Shown here in pieces: positions 17,745 through 26,490 of a stretch of 64,000 bases of DNA. The stretch spans positions 4,253 through 68,252 of IMG/VR virus record IMGVR_UViG_3300043496_000205; one strand, 5' to 3'. The notes below the pieces were generated by a model. It worked only from the letters and a program-made list of their open reading frames with translations, was not told the DNA's origin and did no database searches. This DNA is from a virus. The stretch's first letter is position 1. Each line of letters starts with the position of its first letter. The position numbers and the translations under genes were made by a program.

Positions 17745-19985
17745 ATGGCCTATAATTTCCCCTCCTCCCCGGCTGAAGGCCAGGAATACATCCCCCCGAT
17801 GGGTGGACAGACCTATGTCTGGTACTCACCGCGCTGGATGGTCAAGGGTATCCCCCCGGTAGGTGGCGAGGGTACTGGTGTCGGCATCGAAGAAGCTCCG
17901 ATGGATGGCAACCAGTACGGTCGCCAGGATGGGGGCTGGGGAATCATCGCGCCAAACTTCGACTGGTCGTCGATACCGGGTAAGCCCGCGACGTTTCCAG
18001 CCGATCCGCACACCCATCCCCAGTCCGAGGTTGTCGGTCTGACGGCAGCACTGAATGCCAAGGAAGCGACGATTACGTCAGGCACCACGTCCCAGTGGTT
18101 TCGTGGTGACAAGACATGGCAGCCTTTACCGATACCGGACTGGTCGACGATCGCTGGCAAGCCATCGACCTTTCCGCCCTCGACGCATAATCATCCACAA
18201 AATGAGATCACCAATCTGGTGCCTGACCTTGCAGCCAAGGCACCTCTGGTACACACGCATCCGCAGACGGATGTAACTGGACTGGTTGGAGCTCTGGCCG
18301 GAAAAGAACCTACTGTCACCACAGGAACCACCACCCAGTTCTGGCGGGGAGACAAGACCTGGCAGCCTGTGCCAGCTGGTGATTGGAGTGCGCTCACCGG
18401 CAAACCGGCGACGTATCCTCCGTCCGGCCATAGCCATGTCATGACCGATATTACTGGTTTGCAGGCGGCCTTTAATAATAAATCGGATATTGGGCATATT
18501 CACGATTATTCAACGCTTAGTAATATCCCGAACACATTTGCCCCAGCTCCCCATGCCCATGGCCAAAGCGACATTACCAACCTGGTTACCGACCTGGCGG
18601 AGAAGGCTTCCCTGACCTCGCCGGTCTTCACTGGCACGGTGACTCTACCGGTTACCAATGTCCTGGGAGCCCTGACAGGTGTGGCTGCTACCTTCAGCAG
18701 CACCGTGAGGGCGGTCTCATCCTACTATGTCAAGCCTGGAACGGTGGACCCCCAGAACGTCCATCTCTGGTTCCAGGGCTTTGCCAACGAAGATCGTGCT
18801 GTCCTCTACACATCGGCGGCTGCACTGGGATCGTTTGTCATCCGGGTAGGTGGCGCCCAGTCCTACTCGTTTGGTGCTGCTGGAATGTTCACCTCTCCGG
18901 TCGGTATCACCAGCGGTACGGGCGCGTTCAGTGGTGCTCTCAGCAGTGGCGCACACTCGGTGACTGGCACTATTACCGCCACCGGCAATGTCACCAGCAC
19001 TGCCGGTCATGTTGTTTCCGCCAATTATTCCTATGCGAATGCAGGGTATTTCATTGGTGCGCCAACTCTGGCTGTCGTCGGGACGACCTCTGGCAGTGTA
19101 GGCGATGTCGCCCTGCGTCCATCAGGCTACAACACCTCTGCCATGCAGACACTCCTCGATGGGGCAACAGGAAATCTGTCCGCCACAGGATGGGTCATCT
19201 CTAACAATGGCCGTCATGTGGGCACCACCACCACAGTTGTTCTCTGCAACAATGGTACCGGTGCCGGAACCGTCTATCTCCGGCCCAATGGATCTGCCAG
19301 TGGCACTGGCCAAATGACTGTCTCATCTGCTGGGGATGTCCAGGCCTATCGAAGCATCGACGCCAATGGGAATATTACGGCTGCCCAGAATTTCATCTCC
19401 TCCACGGCAGCCCTGGTTCTCTCTGTCACAGGAGCCACAGGTAATATCTATTTCCGTGGTGTTAATAATACGACTGCTGAGCAGGGGTATTATCAATATA
19501 ATGGCAACTTCACGATCGGGAACCAGGGCTATAAAGCCGTGGCAGGTTCCTGGGCAGCCTCCTCAGATGGCCGCATCAAGACCGTGGTCGGTGACTACAT
19601 GGCTGGGCTGAAGGAGATCCTTCAGCTCAAGGTCAGGCGCTATACCTACAAGGGCAACGAGACCTTGCTGAATGCCCCGGAGAAGGCAGGTCCCGGTCCC
19701 TACGAGGATAGCCCGCATCGCAAGCAGGCAGAGACCGGAGAGGTCCACATCAGCCTGATCGCTCAGGAAGCTGAAGCGGTCATGCCCGATCTGGTGACCC
19801 GTTCCATTGCCTGGATCGATGGCGTAAAGGTTGATGACTTCAGGACCCTCAACCCAACCAATGTCACCTGGGCATTGATCAATGCAGTCCAGGAAATGGC
19901 TGCTAAAATCCAAACCCTAGAAGGAGAAATTCGTGGCTACACAACAGGAAATAATCGAGCAGAATATCCGCGTCTTGTTGGGTGA
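17745..19985 (+). CDS. Tail fibre with C-terminal intramolecular chaperone (peptidase S74-like) domain
   Basis: N-terminus nearly the same as 11566 (GGQTYVW..PRW.VKGIPP); HxH repeats; SSDGRIKT...LKV..Y.YK...SLIAQEAEAVMPDLV...LINAVQEM..KIQ.LE. Confidence 0.85.
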   Translation: MAYNFPSSPAEGQEYIPPMGGQTYVWYSPRWMVKGIPPVGGEGTGVGIEEAPMDGNQYGRQDGGWGIIAPNFDWSSIPGKPATFPADPHTHPQSEVVGLTAALNAKEATITSGTTSQWFRGDKTWQPLPIPDWSTIAGKPSTFPPSTHNHPQNEITNLVPDLAAKAPLVHTHPQTDVTGLVGALAGKEPTVTTGTTTQFWRGDKTWQPVPAGDWSALTGKPATYPPSGHSHVMTDITGLQAAFNNKSDIGHIHDYSTLSNIPNTFAPAPHAHGQSDITNLVTDLAEKASLTSPVFTGTVTLPVTNVLGALTGVAATFSSTVRAVSSYYVKPGTVDPQNVHLWFQGFANEDRAVLYTSAAALGSFVIRVGGAQSYSFGAAGMFTSPVGITSGTGAFSGALSSGAHSVTGTITATGNVTSTAGHVVSANYSYANAGYFIGAPTLAVVGTTSGSVGDVALRPSGYNTSAMQTLLDGATGNLSATGWVISNNGRHVGTTTTVVLCNNGTGAGTVYLRPNGSASGTGQMTVSSAGDVQAYRSIDANGNITAAQNFISSTAALVLSVTGATGNIYFRGVNNTTAEQGYYQYNGNFTIGNQGYKAVAGSWAASSDGRIKTVVGDYMAGLKEILQLKVRRYTYKGNETLLNAPEKAGPGPYEDSPHRKQAETGEVHISLIAQEAEAVMPDLVTRSIAWIDGVKVDDFRTLNPTNVTWALINAVQEMAAKIQTLEGEIRGYTTGNNRAEYPRLVG

Positions 19986-20151
19986 TCTGCAGCTTCAGCT
20001 GTGCTTCGCCAAGGCTCAGATCCAGAGCATGGAAACCTACATCGCCGAGGTCAACGCCAAACAGAAGCAGGAAGAATCCGTAACAGAAGCTGACGGCTTG
20101 CCCAAGGTGAAGACCAATGGCGCCGCACATCCGGTAGATCAGGTGCCCTAA
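19933..20151 (+). CDS. Small coiled-coil protein, probable tail-fibre assembly chaperone
   Basis: GTG start with AAGGAG RBS; 72 aa helical; directly after the S74 fibre. Confidence 0.6.
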   Translation: MATQQEIIEQNIRVLLGDLQLQLCFAKAQIQSMETYIAEVNAKQKQEESVTEADGLPKVKTNGAAHPVDQVP

Positions 20152-20744
20152 TGGCCTTCAGCGGTTTCCAGGATTTTCAGGATCCTTTTGCAGATGCCTT
20201 GCAGCAGATGATTGCAGCGCGACCTGGGATCTCGATCAATTCCGGGTACCGCTCACCTGAACGCCAGGCTCAGCTTTATCAGGCTGCGATCCAGAAGTAT
20301 GGCTCGGAGAGTGCTGCCCGTCACTGGGTGGCACCCCCCGGCAAGAGCCGTCACAATCATGGAATCGCAGCCGACCTGGCGTTTGCTACCGACGCTGATC
20401 GTCAATGGGCACACGAGAACGCTGCCCAGTTCGGCCTCAATTTCAGGATGGGTCATGAGCCCTGGCACATCGAACTGATCGGCGGGAAAGAAACAGCTGT
20501 CGGGAATCACTCGGGTGAACCTGTTGCTGCACCTGGACAGGTACCCACCAATTACCGGGCGCCCCAGGAAGTCGCACGAGAGGATCAACGTCTTTATTCG
20601 GCTACGCCGGATGTCACGTTCAATTCCCCTGTCGCCCAACAACCAGTTGGAGCTCAGGACGTAAACGCATTGGCCAGTTTGCTTTCACCAAGGCGGCAGG
20701 AAAGAGCAAAAGGTATTTTAAATAATATCAGAGATTATGCTTAA
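20151..20744 (+). CDS. Peptidase M15 (VanY/D,D- or L,D-peptidase-like) peptidoglycan hydrolase
   Basis: INSGYRSPERQ..L, APPGKSRHNHGIAADL (SxHxxGxAxD), HEPWHIE (ExxH). Confidence 0.85.
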   Translation: MAFSGFQDFQDPFADALQQMIAARPGISINSGYRSPERQAQLYQAAIQKYGSESAARHWVAPPGKSRHNHGIAADLAFATDADRQWAHENAAQFGLNFRMGHEPWHIELIGGKETAVGNHSGEPVAAPGQVPTNYRAPQEVAREDQRLYSATPDVTFNSPVAQQPVGAQDVNALASLLSPRRQERAKGILNNIRDYA

Positions 20745-21079
20745 TGGACGGGGAAATTAAAGGTTGGTTTTCATCGCAAACAATCGCCATCCTCGCCGGT
20801 ATCGGTGTGACGTTGGTAGGTTGGGGCTATGTGTTCAACCAGCTGCAGACCGACACTGACAGGAACAGCGCAGCTGTCAGTGATCTCAGCGTCCGAATGG
20901 AGAAGAATGACAGCACGACTGCCTTGCTCGATACACGGGTGGCTGGGCTGGAGAAGGTGGCTACCGATGCCATCATGTTGAGGCGTGAACTGGAAGCCAC
21001 AGTTGGAGGATTCAGGAGCGACATCGCAGTGATCAAGGAGATCCTGACCAGGATGGACAAGGACCAGAAGAAGCCATGA
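20744..21079 (+). CDS. Single-TM coiled-coil membrane protein (holin/spanin-type lysis candidate)
   Basis: One N-terminal hydrophobic segment (IAILAGIGVTLVGWGYVF) followed by a coiled coil; located in the lysis cluster. Confidence 0.55.
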   Translation: MDGEIKGWFSSQTIAILAGIGVTLVGWGYVFNQLQTDTDRNSAAVSDLSVRMEKNDSTTALLDTRVAGLEKVATDAIMLRRELEATVGGFRSDIAVIKEILTRMDKDQKKP

Positions 21080-21285
21080 CCGGACCAGTGGGAGAAACCA
21101 GGGAGGTTGCAACATCGATTGTCGATGCCTTCAAGAACAATCCTACCTGCCTGGCTGTGGTCGTGCTGGCGTCCCTGTTCTCCGTGCTCACCTTCTTCGC
21201 TTTGCAACGCGACGCTGACAGACGATCCGAGCTGCTCAAGATCGTCGTCGAGCGCTGCCTACCACCAAAGGGGAATGCATCATGA
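21076..21285 (+). CDS. Small single-TM membrane protein (holin/antiholin candidate)
   Basis: CLAVVVLASLFSVLTFFAL TM segment; ATGA overlaps on both sides; precedes the endolysin. Confidence 0.55.
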   Translation: MTGPVGETREVATSIVDAFKNNPTCLAVVVLASLFSVLTFFALQRDADRRSELLKIVVERCLPPKGNAS

Positions 21286-21962
21286 GCAAAGCTGACATCA
21301 AAGAATGGCAGATCACGCTCCAGGGAGCAGGCTTCCCTCCGGGTGCGATTGATGGTGACTTCGGACCAGCGACTCTGAAGGCCAGCATGGCCTCGATCAA
21401 AGATCAGCTACCTGCAGCAACCGAACCAGACGAGATCCATGAGATCCCGATGGAGTGGCTGCCCAAGTCGACCAAGATGCGTCGGATCATTGCCCACTGG
21501 ACTGCTGGTTCCCATCAGGCCAGCAAGACAGACCGCGAGCATTATCACTTCATCTGGAACGGCGACGGCAAGATCGTCAAAGGCGATCGGCCTGTCACCG
21601 CCAACGAGAGCACAGCCGACAATGACGGCTACGCGGCGCACACCAAGAACTGCAACTCTGGTTCGATCGGTACCTCGGTTGCCTGCATGGCAGGCGCCAA
21701 GGAAAGCCCATTCGATCCGGGTCTCTATCCGATGACCAAGGAGCAATGGGACCGCATGTGCAGGGGCATCGCCCAGCTCTGCACGTTTTACAACATCCCT
21801 GTCACCGACGAGACGGTGCTCTCTCATGCCGAGGTCGAGGGCACCCTGAAGATCGATCAGAACGGCAAGTGGGATTTCACGAGACTACCTTGGGCACTGG
21901 ACGTAAAGGGCGCCCATGCCTGTGGTGAACGTATGAGGGATGATGTAATAGGGTATTTATAA
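21282..21962 (+). CDS. Endolysin: PG-binding domain plus N-acetylmuramoyl-L-alanine amidase (Amidase_2)
   Basis: WQITLQGAGF..GAIDGDFGPAT PG-binding motif; IIAHWTAG, HYHF, AAHT..CN..SIG.S, LSHAEV Zn-amidase motifs. Confidence 0.88.
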   Translation: MSKADIKEWQITLQGAGFPPGAIDGDFGPATLKASMASIKDQLPAATEPDEIHEIPMEWLPKSTKMRRIIAHWTAGSHQASKTDREHYHFIWNGDGKIVKGDRPVTANESTADNDGYAAHTKNCNSGSIGTSVACMAGAKESPFDPGLYPMTKEQWDRMCRGIAQLCTFYNIPVTDETVLSHAEVEGTLKIDQNGKWDFTRLPWALDVKGAHACGERMRDDVIGYL

Positions 21963-21973
21963 GGAATACAATT

Positions 21974-22177
21974 ATGAGCATTCTCACAGCAATTATTGTT
22001 TTAATATGCCTTGGTATTTTGTACGCTGTTGGCGTTTTAGTAATCGATAAATTCTTTCCCGAACCACCAAACAGCTACCTGAAGCTGGCATTGATAGTTC
22101 TCATTTGCCTGGCAGTCGTGCTATTGCTGCTGGGTATGGTAGGTATTGGGCCTGGCATTAATTTAAAAATCGTTTGA
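21974..22177 (+). CDS. Two-TM small membrane protein (class II holin candidate)
   Basis: 67 aa, two hydrophobic helices separated by DKFFPEPPNSY; AAGGA RBS. Confidence 0.55.
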   Translation: MSILTAIIVLICLGILYAVGVLVIDKFFPEPPNSYLKLALIVLICLAVVLLLLGMVGIGPGINLKIV

Positions 22178-22201
22178 TAATTCTTACGGTGAGTATTTAA
22201 G

Positions 22202-24838
22202 ATGGCTGTCCATAGCCCTGCCCATCCGAATGAGAAGACCCTGAAGGAGATCTACAAGATCACTCCTTCGATCAATGGCAAGGACCATCTCAATGGGTCT
22301 GCCAATGGTAGCTCAGAGGATCATGATGTACGGCCATACAATGCTGCCGAGACGCCCAAGATCACCAAGTGGGCGAACGAGCCAACGGTCACCAAGCTCA
22401 AGGAAGATCTTGAAGCTGCCAGGCCAGCGCACGATTCGTTCGTCCTCAAGGTACGCAGGTGGAATGATCTCACGGCAGTAACTGGCGAAGCCAAGCCACC
22501 GAAGATCAAGGGCCGGTCACAGGTCCAGCCAAAGCTGATTCGGCGCCAGGCTGAGTGGAGATACTCGGCTCTGACCGAGCCTTTCAATTCATCTGAAAAG
22601 CTCTTCGACGTTGCCCCCGTGACGTTCGAAGACGGCCCAGCCGCTCGTCAGAACGAGCTGCTTCTGAATTGGCAGTTTCGAACGAAGATCAACCGCGTCA
22701 CGTTCATCGACAATTACGTCCGCGCCAATGTCGATGAGGGCACGGCAGTCGTTCGTCTCGGCTGGTGCCGTTATACCGAGGAGGTCACCGAGGAAGCACC
22801 GACCTGGGAGCATACAGAGCTCCAGGACGAGATGCAGATGAAGCAGCTGCAGGCTGCGATCGAGCTCAAGGAAGCTGACCCCAGATCCTTCAACGAGGGT
22901 ATCACCCCGGAGATCAAGGCTGCCGTCGACTACTACGAGGAATCAGGCCGGCCATCGGTGGCTACCAAGAAGGGCACCGAAAAGATCAAGGTCGAGAAGA
23001 TCATTGAGAACCGACCCACGCTGGAGGTGATCAATCTTGAAAACATATATTTCGACCCATCCTGCGGGGACGATCTCGACAAGGCTGGCTTCGTCATCCT
23101 GTCGTTCGAGACCAGCCAGGCTGAGCTCAAGAAGGAACCCAAGCGCTACAAGAACCTGGAGTACGTCAACTGGGAAGGCGCTACGGCGGTTCTTGAACCG
23201 AACCATATGCCGCAGTCGAACGATATTAACTTTAATTTTAAAGACCCATTAAGAAAGCGTATTATCGCTTACGAATATTGGGGCCTCTACGATATCGACA
23301 ACAAGGGATACCTGGAGCCGATTGTTTCTACCTGGATCGGAAACGTTCTGATCCGGTGCGAGAAGAATCCCTTCCCGGACAAGAAGCCCCCCTTCGTGAT
23401 CGCCCCCTATATGCCGGTCAAGCGCCAGCTACTGGGTGAGCCGGACGCTGAACTGCTGGAAGACAATCAGAAGATCCTGGGTGCCGTTAGCAGGGGCATG
23501 ATCGATCTTCTGGGTCGAAGCGCCAATGCTCAGCAGGGCTTCGCCAAAGGCATGCTCGATGTTTTGAACAAGCGCCGTTATGAAAGCGGGCAGGATTACG
23601 AGTTCAATCCGAACATGCCGCCCCAGCAGGGCATCATGGCGCATACCTATCCCGAGATCCCGCAGTCAGCCATGCTGATGCTGCAACTCCAGAACCAGGA
23701 AGCAGAGGCTCTCACAGGCGTAAAGGCGTTCTCTGGAGGGCTTTCGGGTGACGCCTATGGCGAAGTAGCCGCAGGCATCAAAGGCATCCTGGACGCCGCT
23801 GCCAAGCGCGAGATGAGCATTCTACGCAGACTCGCAGGTGGACTGGTTCGCATTGGCAAGAAGATGATCGCGATGAACGCGGTCTTCCTGTCGGACGAGG
23901 AAGTGATCCGTGTCACCAACGTGCTGCCGGTTGTCCCCGGCATCGGTCACAATGGTGGCCCTGCACTGGACGACGACAAAGCCAAGAAGCTTGAGAAGAG
24001 CCAGTTCGTTTCCATCTTTCGTGATGAACTGCCGGGGGAATTCGATCTCAAGGTGGACATCTCCACCGCCGAGGTCGACGCAGCCAAGTCGCAGGACCTG
24101 GCCTTCATGCTGCAGACCATGGGACCGACCATGGATTTCAGCATTACCAAAATGATTTTGGCAGAAATAACCCGGCTGAAAAGAATGCCGGAACTCTCCC
24201 ACGCGATCATGTTGTATGAGCCAAAGCCGGATCCAATGGAGGAGGAGCTCAAGAAGCTCCAGCTGGAAGCTGCCCGCAAGGAAGTCGAAAAGCTACAATC
24301 CGAAATCGATCTGAACCTGGCTCGAGCCAAAAAGGAAGAGACCGAAGCGGAGCAGGTTGTCCTCGATACCGTCGAGCAGGAAACTGGTACCACCCATGCT
24401 CGCGAACTCGAGAAGCAGGTGGCCCAGTCGACAGGCAACCAGGCACTGGCTGTCACGCAGGCACTGCTCAAGCCGAGGAAGTGGAACGAGACACCGCCCG
24501 ATATCGATGCAGCCATTGGCTACAACGAGATGAGCAAGGTCATGCACGACCCGCGTACTGGCGCCACATCGACCACCTCCCCACCAATGCCATTGGACCT
24601 GGCAACACCGGGGAGCAGCATGACTGCCGCGCAGATCAACGCGATGGCAGGACCAGGAGCAGGAGGTCCATTACCTGGAGGGCCGATGGCGCAGATACCA
24701 AACATGCCACCACCACCAGAACAGCAGCTGGGTCCACCCGAGATGGGTGGCCCAGCAGCACTACCACCTGGGGCCATACCGGAAGGCGTAGACATTCCGG
24801 ATATGCCCGAGCCACCGGCACCACCGCCAATAGCTTAA
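22202..24838 (+). CDS. Portal protein (N4 gp59-like) with Pro-rich C-terminal extension
   Basis: WANEPTV..LK.DL, KGRSQVQPKLIRRQAEWRYSAL.EPF, EPDAELLEDNQKILGAVSRGMIDLLGRSANAQ.G, QNQEAEALTGVKAFSGG. Confidence 0.93.
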   Translation: MAVHSPAHPNEKTLKEIYKITPSINGKDHLNGSANGSSEDHDVRPYNAAETPKITKWANEPTVTKLKEDLEAARPAHDSFVLKVRRWNDLTAVTGEAKPPKIKGRSQVQPKLIRRQAEWRYSALTEPFNSSEKLFDVAPVTFEDGPAARQNELLLNWQFRTKINRVTFIDNYVRANVDEGTAVVRLGWCRYTEEVTEEAPTWEHTELQDEMQMKQLQAAIELKEADPRSFNEGITPEIKAAVDYYEESGRPSVATKKGTEKIKVEKIIENRPTLEVINLENIYFDPSCGDDLDKAGFVILSFETSQAELKKEPKRYKNLEYVNWEGATAVLEPNHMPQSNDINFNFKDPLRKRIIAYEYWGLYDIDNKGYLEPIVSTWIGNVLIRCEKNPFPDKKPPFVIAPYMPVKRQLLGEPDAELLEDNQKILGAVSRGMIDLLGRSANAQQGFAKGMLDVLNKRRYESGQDYEFNPNMPPQQGIMAHTYPEIPQSAMLMLQLQNQEAEALTGVKAFSGGLSGDAYGEVAAGIKGILDAAAKREMSILRRLAGGLVRIGKKMIAMNAVFLSDEEVIRVTNVLPVVPGIGHNGGPALDDDKAKKLEKSQFVSIFRDELPGEFDLKVDISTAEVDAAKSQDLAFMLQTMGPTMDFSITKMILAEITRLKRMPELSHAIMLYEPKPDPMEEELKKLQLEAARKEVEKLQSEIDLNLARAKKEETEAEQVVLDTVEQETGTTHARELEKQVAQSTGNQALAVTQALLKPRKWNETPPDIDAAIGYNEMSKVMHDPRTGATSTTSPPMPLDLATPGSSMTAAQINAMAGPGAGGPLPGGPMAQIPNMPPPPEQQLGPPEMGGPAALPPGAIPEGVDIPDMPEPPAPPPIA

Positions 24839-24862
24839 TAACAAGGAAAGGAATTATTATTA

Positions 24863-25237
24863 ATGTCGGATATCCAAGATCTTGAGCAGGGCATAAAGGA
24901 CGCCGAAACATTGATCGCGCGCCGTCAGATGGCTCTCAAGCTTTCCGATAATCACGATTTCAGGAAGCTCATTCTGGAGGACTTTTGTGGAACTGAAGCA
25001 GCCCGCCTGGTTCAACTCTCCGCCGATCCTATCCTCTCCGACAGGGAGAGGGCCGACGCTCTCGCCATGGCCCAGGCCAGTGGTCATCTCAGACGCTATT
25101 TGTCGATGATGATCCAGATGGGCTATACCGCCGAACGCGAACTCCCGCAGCTACAGTCGGCTCTCGATGAGACCCGAAGCGTGGAGTTGCATGGAGACGA
25201 TGATGACGTAGAGGAGGTGCGCGGTTATGGCCACTGA
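24863..25237 (+). CDS. N4 gp58-like protein
   Basis: Synteny between portal and gp57-like gene; DFRKLILE.F..EAARLV..S.DP pattern. Confidence 0.7.
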   Translation: MSDIQDLEQGIKDAETLIARRQMALKLSDNHDFRKLILEDFCGTEAARLVQLSADPILSDRERADALAMAQASGHLRRYLSMMIQMGYTAERELPQLQSALDETRSVELHGDDDDVEEVRGYGH

Positions 25238-26450
25238 ACCCAATGAAAGCACAAACCCGGAAGAGAAAGTCGAGACTGAGACCCAAACCGAGGAGGTCAA
25301 GAACCCTCTCGAAATGTCCGACGAGGAGTTCCTGAAGACACCACCCCCAGGTGCTGCTCCTGCCGAGGAGAGTACGGAGGAGGAAAAAACTGAAGGGTCG
25401 GAAAAGGCCGGTAATGATTCCCAGCCTTCCGGTGATGCCGGTGAGACCGAGGCGGAGAGCGTCAAGTCTGGTAATGAACCGCCGCCACCCAAGAAGGCTG
25501 TCAGCGAAGGTAAGGAACCAGCAGGGAAGGAGCAGGCGAAGCCACCTGTAAAAAAATCCGCAGCCGAAGCTGAAGGGACCGAACCAGCTAAGGCCGAGGA
25601 CGCACCGGTCGACTACGAGGGCTTCTTCAAGCAGATCATGACGCCCTTCAAGGCGAACGGTAAGACCTTCGAGATCAAGACCCCGGAGGAAGCTGTTCGT
25701 CTGATGCAGCAGGGTGCTGGCTATGGGCGAAAGCTCCAGGACATGCAGCCGCACCTGAAGGTGCTTCGCATGTTGGAGAAAAACAATCTCCTCGATGAGG
25801 GTAAGCTCTCATATTTAATTGATCTGAATCAGAAAAAGCCAGATGCGATTAAGAAACTAATCAAAGATGGGGGGATCGACCCCCTTGATCTGAATACCGA
25901 TGATAAAGTAACGTACACACCAACGAACCACGCTGTCAGTGATAAGGAGGTTGTGTTCCATCAAGCCATCGCCGAGGTGCAAAACCAGCCCGGTGGCCAT
26001 GCGACACTCCAACACATCAACCAGACGTGGGATGAAGAGAGCAAGGGATTGCTCTGGGACGAGCCGGAGATATTCGGGGTTATCCAAGGTCAACGAGAGA
26101 ATGGGGTCTATGACCAGATCCTCTCCGAGATCGAGCGCCAGAAACTCCTGGGTCACATCAAGAACGGAACGCCGTTCCTACAAGCCTACAAGGTTGCCGG
26201 GGACCATCTGGTCAAGACCAATGGCTTCAAAGCGCCGGTCCAGACACAAGCTGCAGCACCCATTCAGACTGCACAGCCACAAGTGATCGCCACCCGTACA
26301 GCAACCCCGAAATCTCAGGCTCGGAATGGTGAGCGGGCTGCCGCTGCATCCCCTACCAAGGCAGTTGCATCGAGCAAGCCAACCAGCACCGTCAATCCGC
26401 TGCAGATGGCGGATGACGATTTCATGAAACAATTTAGTGGCCGGTTTTGA
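25227..26450 (+). CDS. N4 gp57-like protein (probable capsid scaffold; often annotated tape measure)
   Basis: Acidic disordered N-terminus, PFKANGK..E....EAVRLMQ.GA.Y..K; NPL.M.DEEF motif at both ends; directly upstream of MCP. Confidence 0.8.
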   Translation: MATEPNESTNPEEKVETETQTEEVKNPLEMSDEEFLKTPPPGAAPAEESTEEEKTEGSEKAGNDSQPSGDAGETEAESVKSGNEPPPPKKAVSEGKEPAGKEQAKPPVKKSAAEAEGTEPAKAEDAPVDYEGFFKQIMTPFKANGKTFEIKTPEEAVRLMQQGAGYGRKLQDMQPHLKVLRMLEKNNLLDEGKLSYLIDLNQKKPDAIKKLIKDGGIDPLDLNTDDKVTYTPTNHAVSDKEVVFHQAIAEVQNQPGGHATLQHINQTWDEESKGLLWDEPEIFGVIQGQRENGVYDQILSEIERQKLLGHIKNGTPFLQAYKVAGDHLVKTNGFKAPVQTQAAAPIQTAQPQVIATRTATPKSQARNGERAAAASPTKAVASSKPTSTVNPLQMADDDFMKQFSGRF

Positions 26451-26490
26451 TATTTAACTGAAAATCATTGCCTGCCCGGAGATTTGAGCC

